Part shown: one piece after another, positions 17,792-28,500 of the stretch | Layout of the letters: every line of letters starts with the position of its first letter | How positions within the stretch are numbered: position 1 is the stretch's first letter | From: Candidatus Thorarchaeota archaeon | GTDB taxonomy: Archaea; Asgardarchaeota; Thorarchaeia; Thorarchaeales; Thorarchaeaceae | Length of the DNA stretch: 35,987 bases | NCBI GenBank assembly: GCA_003345545.1 | Contig: PRDH01000058.1 | Location: forward strand, 1 to 35,987 | Reading direction: 5' to 3' | The notes under the pieces: generated by a model | Told to the model about the DNA's origin: nothing | The model's database searches: none | What the model saw: the letters and a program-made list of their open reading frames with translations, nothing else | Program-made: the position numbers and the translations under genes

Positions 17792-18787
17792 ATGGGTGTG
17801 AAGAACTGGGGCGATGATGTCATTCCGTGGAAGTGGATCTCAGCATCCTTCATCACTCCTGGAGCGATTGCCATAGATGTTCCAAACTATGTCACTCGAA
17901 GACTTGTCGTGATGCGTGAGAATGGTAAGCAAGAGGGCAGAATACCCCTGAATCACGTTGGTTTGTTTCTTAGCCTCCTCAAAGTTGCATTGGGTGTTCA
18001 CGTTCTTCCCGTCTTCATCTTTGATGGTCCTCCGGAATTACAGAAACGCAATCCGAATCCCGAACTAGTTGAGAAGGCTTCAGGTTTCTACAGAACATTC
18101 CAACAGGAAGGAGATCCCTTTAACGAAGAGATGTCTGCTGAGCTATGGGGAAGTCCTGCGCTCAGAGCGTATTTTGCTGCTGCGCATTTGAAAGACCTTG
18201 GGAGTATTGTGGGCGTTCCGATGCTTACAGCGCCTTCTGAAGCAGAGATGTTTGCAGCGGTTCTCTGTAGGGATGGAGCTGTAAGGACAGTTGTGTCAAA
18301 TGATGCTGATGCTCTGCTCTTTGGGAGCCCTCATGTCACGAAACAAATGCAGCTCTCATCAGGTCGCATTCTCTCTGTTGCATTGACCGAATTTGAGAAA
18401 CATCTTGGCCTCGACATCGAGCTCCTACGAGATCTTGCGGTCGTGTCAGGATGTGATTTTCATAAGAAGGGTGTTAGGGGTATTGGAGTGAAACGTGGAA
18501 CGGTCCTTCTTCGGCGATATGGAGGTCTCGAAAGATTGCTCAAGGCTCATGGCTACTCCCATACAGAGCGGACTGAGTTCATCGAGGCGAGGGAGGTATT
18601 TGATGAGGCTTCCTATATGTCCGCCAAAGATTTGTGTCTGAAACTGAACCCTCCGCTTGTGTCCAAGGTCATTAGATCCCTTGAGACTATCATGTCCTCG
18701 GAACGAGCAGAGACTATCGCCAGCAAGATAGTTACCCTATGGCGAGGTTTTAGCAACAGGCAGTCAACATTGGAGCAATGGCTCTAG
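17792..18787 (+). CDS. fen: FEN1/XPG-family structure-specific nuclease (FEN1 paralog) with PIP box
   Basis: MGV start, IAID, FIFDG, APSEAE, SNDADALLFG, SGCDF..GVRGIG (H3TH), C-terminal QSTLEQWL PIP box; SD AGGTGA. Confidence 0.88.
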   Translation: MGVKNWGDDVIPWKWISASFITPGAIAIDVPNYVTRRLVVMRENGKQEGRIPLNHVGLFLSLLKVALGVHVLPVFIFDGPPELQKRNPNPELVEKASGFYRTFQQEGDPFNEEMSAELWGSPALRAYFAAAHLKDLGSIVGVPMLTAPSEAEMFAAVLCRDGAVRTVVSNDADALLFGSPHVTKQMQLSSGRILSVALTEFEKHLGLDIELLRDLAVVSGCDFHKKGVRGIGVKRGTVLLRRYGGLERLLKAHGYSHTERTEFIEAREVFDEASYMSAKDLCLKLNPPLVSKVIRSLETIMSSERAETIASKIVTLWRGFSNRQSTLEQWL

Positions 18788-20829
18788 AATCTCCTCTGTG
18801 TTGACCAGATGTCTTTCCAGCTCTGGCTGTCCCTATCTCTTATCTGATGAAGGACTGACATCCTATAGGTCTGCGAAGACTTGAGTCGCGCAGTGAAGGA
18901 GCTGTCTGATGCCTCCCCCATGATATCACGGAGTATCCCCGCAACATGATCATTCTTCTTCGCGGGCACCTGTATATGAGCTACTACGTCATTTGAGTTT
19001 CCGACCAGCAGCCTAACGAAGGGAAGTCGTCCAGTCACATCATCGATGAGAGAATCTCTTGACCTTCTGTCGTAGCAGTTCGCAACTGCCATCAATCCAT
19101 CAGGAAGCCCACAGAATTCCAGTGCTGGAAAGTAGACTCGATTCAGCACATAGTCATGCATCATCTGATGAAGCAGTCTATTAGCCGTCCGAATCGGGAA
19201 GTCTACTTGGTCAAGCAGCCATCTCCGCTGCGTTTTGGAACCCTCGAATCTCCACAGAATACTGAGAAGCTCTGTCTGCCTTTCTGTCAACGAAAACGGT
19301 TTGCTATCTATATGCAATGTAGAGTACTCAATAATTCTCTTCTTTCTCTTCTTCTTGGCTGAATCAGTGTCTCCAATATTCTCGAGATTCCACTTACCAG
19401 TCTGCATATCGAAGTAGTCCAGATTCATCGATATGATTTCATCCTCAACGACTGATTCATACGATCCCCCAGATAGAGAACTGACATCAGGCCCTTTGGT
19501 CTGGGACGGTTCAACATATACGGCGCAGCCACGGACTTTCTGTTCTGTCAAGACCATCCGCTCAACAAGCCCGTCGTTGAGTATCTCTGACCTCTGAAGA
19601 GGCGTGAATATGTACCTAAACCGAAGTCCGAGCTTTCGAAGAGACGGAATGTATCGCTCATGCAGAAAGTGCTCAAGCTTTTGTAGTGCATAATAAGCTG
19701 TGCGTCCTCTGAACTGAGACACTTGCTCAAGCTCGTTGGCGTTTAGGTTTCCGGAAGTATTTCGTTTGCTGAGATTCATGCAAAGCTTCGTGAGAGGCGC
19801 GTATTGCAGTAAGTTGATCTCTCGACGGAATAGTTGCAGGAGCTTCTCGTATTTGTTAGCTACTGGTCCATCAGGTCTGAGCGCCAGGACATCCAAACGA
19901 GTAGCTGACACAGAACGAACATCGATCTCTTCTTGGAGATGTACACTGAAACCCTTCAGCATCGCCAGCTCATCAGAGATCTCTCTCCTGAGAGCCGTCC
20001 TCAGCTTCTTGCTGTCAGAGTTTCTGGATTCGATTCTCCGATGCCACTCGTTCATCTTTCTGGAGAGAGGATCTGGTTGCGCTATGGAACCATCTAGTTT
20101 CGGATCTTGACCGAGGGCTTCATTGATCAGTTCCTTAGCTTGTCTTAGTCTTGTAGCGAGATCATCCCACGAGAACTTGCCGGAATAGACACCTAGTGCA
20201 CGATCGAGGGCATCAATCTTGACCTCTTCCATCATATAGACCCACAGACTGTATAGCCACGGAACGCTCTGATCGACTATCCGAGAGATGAAGTAAATGC
20301 TGAGGATTGCAGCTGACAAGGAATCCAGGCCCGGCATCACTACTGACCATTCTGCTGCCCTTGGCACATGCTCTGTGACAATCCTGCTGAGGGCATACGT
20401 GAGCGATTCGGCCTCTTCTGACTCCTCGTTCTCCTCTGCCACTTCCGAAACTGCTTCCTCATCTGTATTCTCTTCTTCCTTCACCTCCTTGGCCTTTCTT
20501 CCAAAGGTCTTGGGCAATAGTGACTTGACTTGTTCTCTGAGGGTTTCTCCTATGGGCTTGAGTGGTCTCATTCGAGTTGTTATCTCATCTATGACCCTTT
20601 CATAGTTGAGAGCTTTATTGAGCAACATTGGCGTGACTGCACGGTTAGGGAGAGGCGACAGACAGAAGGTCTTCTCGAACAGCGTTTCATCTAGTCTGCC
20701 TGAGTCCGTTTTCCAGGACGATGAGTCCAGGACTATGTGCCGGAGTGTATTGAGATCAGAAGTCCGTCTGCTTCTCTTCATCCATTCCAAGTAGTTTTGC
20801 CTTTTCTCAGTCAAGCTTCCATCTGTCAT
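18784..20829 (-). CDS. Hypothetical protein with C-terminal tandem wHTH/Lrp-AsnC-like domains (putative regulator)
   Basis: Long ORF (alternative start 20862); stop overlaps the fen stop (CTAG). Two HTH + ferredoxin-like repeats (YIPSLRKLGL..., VYFPALEFCGL...) each ending in a W motif; similar to 30338-32311. Confidence 0.7.
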   Translation of the reverse strand: MTDGSLTEKRQNYLEWMKRSRRTSDLNTLRHIVLDSSSWKTDSGRLDETLFEKTFCLSPLPNRAVTPMLLNKALNYERVIDEITTRMRPLKPIGETLREQVKSLLPKTFGRKAKEVKEEENTDEEAVSEVAEENEESEEAESLTYALSRIVTEHVPRAAEWSVVMPGLDSLSAAILSIYFISRIVDQSVPWLYSLWVYMMEEVKIDALDRALGVYSGKFSWDDLATRLRQAKELINEALGQDPKLDGSIAQPDPLSRKMNEWHRRIESRNSDSKKLRTALRREISDELAMLKGFSVHLQEEIDVRSVSATRLDVLALRPDGPVANKYEKLLQLFRREINLLQYAPLTKLCMNLSKRNTSGNLNANELEQVSQFRGRTAYYALQKLEHFLHERYIPSLRKLGLRFRYIFTPLQRSEILNDGLVERMVLTEQKVRGCAVYVEPSQTKGPDVSSLSGGSYESVVEDEIISMNLDYFDMQTGKWNLENIGDTDSAKKKRKKRIIEYSTLHIDSKPFSLTERQTELLSILWRFEGSKTQRRWLLDQVDFPIRTANRLLHQMMHDYVLNRVYFPALEFCGLPDGLMAVANCYDRRSRDSLIDDVTGRLPFVRLLVGNSNDVVAHIQVPAKKNDHVAGILRDIMGEASDSSFTARLKSSQTYRMSVLHQIRDRDSQSWKDIWSTQRRF

Positions 20830-20942
20830 CCGTTTTCGTTCTCTGTGTCGCCCTTGAGACACATGTACGCTTTTGTAAATAGCGGCTAGTGGCTCTCTCT
20901 GGGAATTTACGTGCTTATTAATGTCAATTCAGACCAATTGAT

Positions 20943-21521
20943 ATGAAGCAGAATCAACTTACACTTGTCGCTCGGGAATCAGTGGCTGACTTCTCAGAAT
21001 CGACTCTTACCGATACCTTGACCGAGAGCCTATGGGATATCACCAAGAATCACACACTGAATATTATCTTGCGGGAGCCCGCTCTCCTTGAACTCGCTAG
21101 TCGAAGGGATCCCGGCGTCATTGTCTTTTGTGACTACCTGCTTCATTCTGAGGACCAGGAGTGTTGGTTCTCAGCTCTCAAGGCACTAGAGGCTCTGAAC
21201 ACATATGAGGCTGCACAACGACTTCTCATTCTGTGCGGGGATTCTGGGACAGGTGACAGAAAGATAGTCCTGAATGTGTTGGCTCGTGTTCTGACATCAT
21301 CACAACGTGAAGGCTTTAGGAGGCTCTTACGCTCCATTCTGGCTCCCGGAGAACTTGATATATCCAGATGGACGTCCACAGCCTTGCGTGTTCTCGAGTC
21401 AGTATGTCACGAGCTTGGAATTCTTCTCGAAGATACCACAGGAAAGCTCTATGAAACAAACAGATTCGAAGCCGCAGAAATGCAGTTTGGTACCTTGAGA
21501 AAGAACAAGAGGGCACTATAG
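20943..21521 (+). CDS. Small alpha-helical (HEAT-repeat-like) protein
   Basis: LREPALLELASRRDP, LLHSEDQECWFSALKALEALNT, DRKIVLNVLARV have HEAT/PBS-like periodicity. TTATTAAT at 20915-20922 suggests a leaderless transcript. Confidence 0.7.
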   Translation: MKQNQLTLVARESVADFSESTLTDTLTESLWDITKNHTLNIILREPALLELASRRDPGVIVFCDYLLHSEDQECWFSALKALEALNTYEAAQRLLILCGDSGTGDRKIVLNVLARVLTSSQREGFRRLLRSILAPGELDISRWTSTALRVLESVCHELGILLEDTTGKLYETNRFEAAEMQFGTLRKNKRAL

Positions 21522-21550
21522 CCCTTATTGACGCATTTAAAGGAATCATT

Positions 21551-21560
21551 CTTCTTTTTT
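21551..21560 (+). terminator. Putative archaeal oligo-T terminator
   Basis: CTTCTTTTTT about 30 nt after the stop of 20943-21521. Confidence 0.35.
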
Positions 21561-21733
21561 GGCTGCAGAAATGAGTCAAAATTGCCTATTTGATTCTATA
21601 CGAGCTGATGTTCGATTTCTAAAGACTTGGACAATGCTTTGAGTCCAAGACTCCTTGTTACAATGTGAGAGAATAATGTACAGCACATTCGATATGCATG
21701 ACCATCTGCCCATCGAGCAAAGGAGGAGTTGCT

Positions 21734-22327
21734 TTGCAGGCTGATCTTCTTACACTAATGACTGCGAACCTACTCTTCTCTGTGAAGATCACGCCATTGG
21801 TAGTAGTGATTGCCACCCTGATTCGTTCCTTCCTTCTCTTCTCAGGAAACAAGAGAGCGTTCAAGTCCTGGACTAGGAATGCTCTCCTATCAGCTGTTAC
21901 CATCGTGTTTCTTCCGGGCAGCATTGTGAACACTGCAGTTCGATATGTAGTGTGTTCACTCTTCAAGATTGACCTGAATGGCGTCGGTGCCGGAAGCACA
22001 TACGCTGAGCTCAACCTCTTTTTGAAGGTCGATTCTCCTCCGCGCGTGGCTATTCTCATTTCTGCCCTCTATGTCAGCACAGTTGCATCTATCTTCATTG
22101 GATTCTCACTGCTTGTTCTTCCGGTGGTATTCGTTGCTGGTGCTCCTCTTCAGCTACTTTGTTGGTACTTGGCACTCGCAGTGCTTTTCAACAGCTCACT
22201 TCGCGGAGGCGATGTATCCCTGCTCGGAGCTGCGCTGCATGGTCATCCCCGAAGAGGCATTGCTGAACTCATTATTGCTGTCGTTATTCTTGCAGTCTTC
22301 TATTCATTCGTGGGGGTTGGAGTATGA
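21734..22327 (+). CDS. Polytopic membrane protein resembling M50/zincin-like membrane metalloproteases but lacking HExxH
   Basis: TTG after AGGAGGAG; ~5 TMs. FLPGSIVNTAVRYVVCSLF (cf. FLPGVxxHELxH..C.LFG) and WYLALAVLFNSSLRGGD (cf. WLG.SI..HAFPS.GD). Confidence 0.65.
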   Translation: MQADLLTLMTANLLFSVKITPLVVVIATLIRSFLLFSGNKRAFKSWTRNALLSAVTIVFLPGSIVNTAVRYVVCSLFKIDLNGVGAGSTYAELNLFLKVDSPPRVAILISALYVSTVASIFIGFSLLVLPVVFVAGAPLQLLCWYLALAVLFNSSLRGGDVSLLGAALHGHPRRGIAELIIAVVILAVFYSFVGVGV

Positions 22328-22509
22328 GTCCTATACGAAACAATCGATTAATCATGTCCCGGGTCGATCCTTTCCCCGACGAACCACACCGCTTTCTACC
22401 ACGCTGGACCTGCATCTTGATGCAATTCCTGACCCGTCTTTTCCTAGAAGGTCGACCCGTCGGACACCCTCTCATCAAGCTCGAAGAATCTGGAGTGGAT
22501 ATCCTATGA
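22324..22509 (+). CDS. Small hypothetical protein (61 aa) coupled to both neighbours
   Basis: ATGA overlap at both ends (22324-22327 and 22506-22509); fills the gap exactly. Confidence 0.6.
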   Translation: MSPIRNNRLIMSRVDPFPDEPHRFLPRWTCILMQFLTRLFLEGRPVGHPLIKLEESGVDIL

Positions 22510-25500
22510 TAAAACGAGCAATCATCTTCTCCTTATTCGCATGCATTATTTTGTTTGCTATTCCGACGGACCCAGTCATAGTTCCAACTGGCATTACAGC
22601 AGAAAATCAGTTTGATGTGCGGGATACTGATTTGGGCGCTGCTGACATTGGTATCACACTTCAAAGCAATCCTTACATTGTCTTAGAACTCACTTCGGGC
22701 GATGTGCCTGGCCGAGGAGATGCATGGTCTCAGCTATTGAGTTCCAAGGGAGTGGCAAACGTGCCACTGAGGATTGATGATGTTCTATTGAATCCCTCTA
22801 TGATATCGGGCACGCCTGCAATTCTTCTTGATGGAAGCCTTGGATCCTACAGCGGAGATCTAGTTCCACAGGCTCTGATTGACTTGCTCATCCGCGAAGA
22901 TACATCTCTGATACTTACCGGACGTTCGGCCTGGCTATTGCACAGATACTCGGGCCGGGGTTCACCCTCTCTGACCGCTCCAGCTGAAACGATACTACTC
23001 GACTCGCCCGCGTACTCTGGAGCGGTCTTCCTATCACAGCCTGAGTCTCTTACGGTTGGCTTGCCTCTCACATTTGAGAACGGACTAGTCCTTCCAATAG
23101 ATGAATCTCAAACTGAGATGTCACGACTCGTGAATCTTACTCTGAGCGCAGACTCCTCGACTATCGCTGCTCTCAGACATGACTCATGGCCGCTCGATGT
23201 CTTCCTGTTCGCACCAGAAACTCCTGATCTCTTGACATCGACCGGAGCAGGACTTCTCGTGAACGTCATTGCATTCTGTACTGCGATACGTGAGTCTTCA
23301 ACGGCATCCGTTCTATCAGGGCTTCAGACCAAGCAGGGTGCTCTTCTTGCAGGAGGGATGAGATACACGCATGAGCCCACGATTTCGTCTACGTATTTTG
23401 CAGTGCATACAATGGAGGCTCTCCTTGGGGGTTCTTTGTGGGAGAACTGGGTGTTGACAAACGCACCGATGGTTCAAGGCATCCTTACGAGTCTTCTTGT
23501 GGACTATGGCTCAGAAACAGGCTTCATGACATCAGTTACAGATGCCGTTGTTGACTGCAGGAGCACAGCTCAAGGCCTATGGCTTGTAAGCGAAATGAGT
23601 CTCACTGCTTCTTTCGCTGTCAGTGAGATTGTTGCATACCTGAGGACACGACAGAGTCCGGATGGAGGATTCGAGAACTATGTTACCACAACCTATCACG
23701 TCACCGAATCACTATGGGCTTCAGAACGTCTCTCCAGCATCGATACGGACCAGCTGGAGCTCTGGCTACGGTCCTTGGTCATTGACGGGTCAAAGACCTC
23801 AGTTCCTGATTTCTGGGGTGCAATAGGTTCGAATCCCGCGAGCACCTCCCCGTTGAACAACTACGCGACAGAGTATCTGAGGTCTCTATTCTTCCTCGGG
23901 AAGGCGCACACAGATCCTTCAAAGTTGACAAGCTGGATTCTGACCAGAACCTCAAATGGCGACGGCTCATTCAGGAATTCAGTAGGCCTTGATGAGGAGG
24001 TCGTGACTGGCACAGCTTCGGCTTTGACAAGCATGCAGATGCTCGGCACTCTGAGCGGGCTGAACAGGACCTCTGGACTAGGCTGGTTCACAAGTAACCA
24101 GCTTGTATCAGGTGGTTTCGGTTTAAAGACTGCTGCGTCTGATCTTGTCGGCAAGACACGCGAGACCTCTCGAGTGGGCACCTGCCTCAGGGCGCTTGGA
24201 GAGACCTCAGGTCCTCTTGCGGCCGGAGCTGTTGTTTTTGTCGATTCAATCATGACCGATGTGGCGTTTGAACCCATGGCCCCTCTGTCCTCGCTCATGT
24301 GGACAAGCTGGCTTCTCGAAGCAAGTAGGTTGGTACATGCATCTCAGAGCGTGGACCTTGACCTAGCCCGAAACTACATCTCCTATTTTGCCGAGCCATC
24401 CACGTTCACTGTCTATCCGTTTTGGGAGAACCTCACCACCATGAGTTCACCTGAGTATGGTGCAAACCAGTATAGGACTAAGAGTATCTGGATACAATAC
24501 TTCGGAGTTTCTGCAGCTCGTTCTCTTGGCATAGAACCTGGTTCAACTGTTGTTTCAGACATCCTCCTATATCTCTCGCAGAGTCAATATACCACTGGAC
24601 ACTACAGACCAACGTCGCTCGCAGGCACAGCTCACATGCAGCACTCAGCTGCAGCTGTGGAAACTCTCTATGTTTTGGATGAGCTTGACACGATCCCCTA
24701 TAGAGCGGCCTTGGAGACGGCCATTCTCTCGACGTATGGCACTGGTTCGTGGAGTACTACTGGGTGGACTATCAAACCATTCGCTGATTCTCAACATGCA
24801 ATCGACTATCTGTCGACACGTGCTGCCATTCGTTTGGGAATTGTCACTCCTGTCATGGCTGCTGAGATTGCAGCCAGTGTAGCCGCGCGTCTACAGTACT
24901 CTGATCTCCTGGCTTTGAGCTGGGATGTTGCTACACTGTCCCTTTTGCAGACTTCGGGCTTCTCCGCAGGGCTTGAGTCCGTGGACACATCCCTTGTCCT
25001 CGATGCGCTGAAGTCGTTTCACTTTAACGATGGATGGTTCAATGCAACCATACTCTGGCAGCCTGTCTACACAATGAGTGTGCTCAAGATGGTGTCCATC
25101 CTGGGACTTCGATGTCTTCTCGATGACATTCCTGGTTCTTCATTCACTGCGAGCGCTGATCCGACAGCAGAACTTGGCACTGTGCTTGGTATCTCCATAA
25201 GTATAACCTCCTCGTCAGAGACTCACTCCGTCATAGTCAGAGCATTCGATGAATCGCTCTTGTTCAATGACGTCGGAAACAGCGATACTCTGCAGCTCCC
25301 GGTACCTGCAAACAGAGAGTATCTTGGTCCTTGGGGCATTTCGTTGATGATCTCCGATTGGGGCTCTTCTCGCGCCTTTGCTGCATTGGAGATTGTTCTC
25401 GAGGGAACCTTACAGAGTTCTGTGACGTTGACGGCTCCAGTTGTTAAAATGGGAGCATTCCTAAATGGAACTATTCAATGGACACTCTTAGATGGCCTAG

Positions 25501-28500
25501 ACGCTGGTCCTGCTCGTACAACAATTCGTTTGGGAAATCCACCAACATATCGTCAATGGAACTATGATACAACATCGCCTTTCGCATTCTCAGTACCTAC
25601 CACTGACTTTGATGCTGGCATCTATTCACTCACAGTCACAGTTGAGGTGCCATACTGTGTGTCCCTCATACTCAGCGAAGAAGTTGTGATTGCAGAGCCA
25701 AATCCAACCTATTTGAGCGCTCCGACAAGCTCTGATGGTGCGGTTGGCGACGAACTCAGCATAGAATGGTCATTACATTACCTTGAGAACAACACCCTGA
25801 TAGGAAGTCAGGCGGTGAGCGTGGTCATCAGAAACGATACTGATTCAATCGTATTTACTGATGTGCTGATTTCCAGCACCAGCGGCAATGCATTTCACTG
25901 GATTCCAGAAGGTAGGGGTGACTTCGCGTTCAAGCTGCTCTTTGATGGGAACGGCACTCTGGATGGTAGCCAAGTGGAAGGGAGTATTCGTGTCTGTGAG
26001 GAGACCGTTCTTTCTTGGATTGATGGAGGTACGCTCAATCAGTATTCGACTGTGAATCTATCAATCCTCCTAGAGACCTCCCAAGGTGAGGCTCTCAGTG
26101 GGCAGCCAGTACATATACTCGTCCAAGCTCCCTCGTCAGCCATTGTCATCGACAGCTGGTATGTGACGAACTCCACAGGATACGCTACGATTCTGTTTTC
26201 ATTATCACAGAATGGTGTCTATCTGCTCCAGGCTCAATATCCTGATAGCGGTTTTCTCCAAGGCTCTAGTGCATCAGACTCTCTGACGTCGTGGTCATCA
26301 AGCTCGCTAGCACTGGGTGGAATCGAGTACGAGGTGACCATTGGTGGTACTTTCCAGCTGTGGGCACAACTTGATGATCTTGTGTTGAATCCTGTGCCTG
26401 GACAGCCCGTTCTTCTGCGAATAACAGTGTTGCCATCCACAGTGCTTGTAGAGCAGGTACTCACATCGGACTCAGGTGGCTATGTGTTTGTTGAGTGGAC
26501 AGCAGGCTCAGCAGGGCCTTACAGATTTGAGGCAGTCTACAGTGGAACAATATCGAGGGCAGCCGCAACTGAGATCATTGATTTTCAAGTTCTCATTCCT
26601 GTCGCACTCACTCCCAGTATCGTCAAATCATCAGAGATTGGCTTTCAAGAATCAATACTCGTAACGACAGTTGATCATCTTGGTAATCCTATCTCTGGCA
26701 TCACTATCTCATTGATTGTGCGTGGACCCGGAGGCACAATTCTATACACGAATCAGTCTTCCACAACAAGCGGCTCTGTCACATTTCTGTGGACACCATC
26801 TCAGAGAGGAGTGAATGAAATCACAGTGCTTTCTGCGCGACAGGCCTGGTATCAGGAAGCATCATCTTCAGTCGCAGTGGATGTGTACGAGACTCCTGCT
26901 ATTGATGTCGAGATTCCGTTGAATGCCGTTGCACCAACGAGTGATACAATCGGGATTTCCATCCTGGATCATGACAGTCAACCAGTGCAAGGAGTCACTA
27001 TTCGAGTTCAGATTACGCTGAATGCAACGATGATAGTTGATGGCGATTTCGTGACAGATGGCAACGGGCTTGTCAGTATCACGGTGAATTTTGACATTCC
27101 TGGTCTCCTTCAAGCAGAAACTACGCTCTTGCCTCAGGGATGGTTCCTCGAGGCTACAGCAAGTTCGAACAGTGTAGTATCGTCTGCTACAACTCTCCTG
27201 ATCATAATCCCTGGCCAACCCGTGGAACAAGGCTCGACAGTTGGAATATCATGTTCTCTTAGCGACTTCTCAGGTGCTCCCTTGGCCGCATCAATACTTC
27301 AGATTGAAATTGCCTGGAGTAACGGAACACTCATTCGGTCTGTTACTCGCGTGACTGATAGCACAGGTCATTGTGCTCTTGCCCAGACCTTCAATTCTGT
27401 CGGGGACTTCGTCATTCGCGGTTCATACAGTGGTTATGGTCTAAACTCCTCAGCTACTCATGCTGTGGCACAGCGTGTGTTCGTCACGCCATTGATTGAC
27501 GTAGTTCATGAACCAAGTTGCATTTCTGGGGAGGCCATGGAGTTCCTTGTCAATCTCACCGATGCCCTTGGCAACGACATCGTGGGAAGGACAGTGCAAT
27601 TGAGCATTGAACAGGGAGGATCAATTGTCTTCGAGGCCCAGTTTCTGTCGGGCGCGGGTCCATCAACAATCACTTGGTATCCGACTCAGGGAGGCATTGC
27701 TACAATCACATTAGTCCATCAAGGGAATATGTACTACCTCACAACATCGATGGACACTGCAGTATCCATAATGGAACTCGTCAGTGGCTCTATCATTCTA
27801 TCGCCTAGTGAGATTGACCTATTCGATTCAGCAGTTCTTGTTTACATTCTAGATACCGCTATTCCGAGAAGCGGTGTTATGATCCGTTTTGAAGTGCTTG
27901 GAATGGACTTGGTCCCTGTGTGGACAGCTGATTGCTTGACAAACGCTTCAGGTATGGCATCAGTTATGTATACAGCGACAGAAACGCATGGAGTCCTTCA
28001 CGTGAATGCAGGCCCTATTGCGGATGAGTTGTTGATTGGCGGTGATGTCCAAGAGCAGCTCATTGTCAAGACGTTCTGCAATATCACGGTATCTCTGCGG
28101 CCGACGCCGCCGCGCGTCAACACTCTCACCAATATCACAGTTCATGTAGTAGACGACCTTGGCAGAACTTTCGACGGTCCGACAGTCACTGTGAGTCTGT
28201 ACAATCCCTATGGAGAGATTGTGAAGCTAGGTCTCTGGACTAATTCTGAAACAGCCCCAATTGAGGACGGCTTGGCTGTTGTGGACTTCTCACCCACAAT
28301 GGCGGGTCTATATACTGTAGTCTTGAGCTCGTCAGGATCAACCACAGTTCATGGATTCAGCAGTACGACCCAACATACGGTCTATTCTGCGACCCAGCTG
28401 GTGCTGATTGTATCTACATACGAGCTCGAGGTGGGACAGATATTAGAGGTTGTGGCAGGACTTCTTGATCACAATAATATGCCGCTTGTGGGGAGAAATA

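Noticed and set aside
2978-18787. Operon as a provirus, conjugative element or defence island
   Set aside because: No integrase, relaxase, capsid, terminal repeats or known defence genes were recognised, and no obvious compositional shift was seen by eye.
21626-21649. 7-bp inverted repeat CTTGGAC...GTCCAAG
   Set aside because: Short enough to arise by chance and no second copy was noticed.
22071-22505. 145-aa N-terminal extension of the giant ORF in the track
   Set aside because: It overlaps two better-supported genes; the signal peptide and ATGA coupling place the start at 22506.
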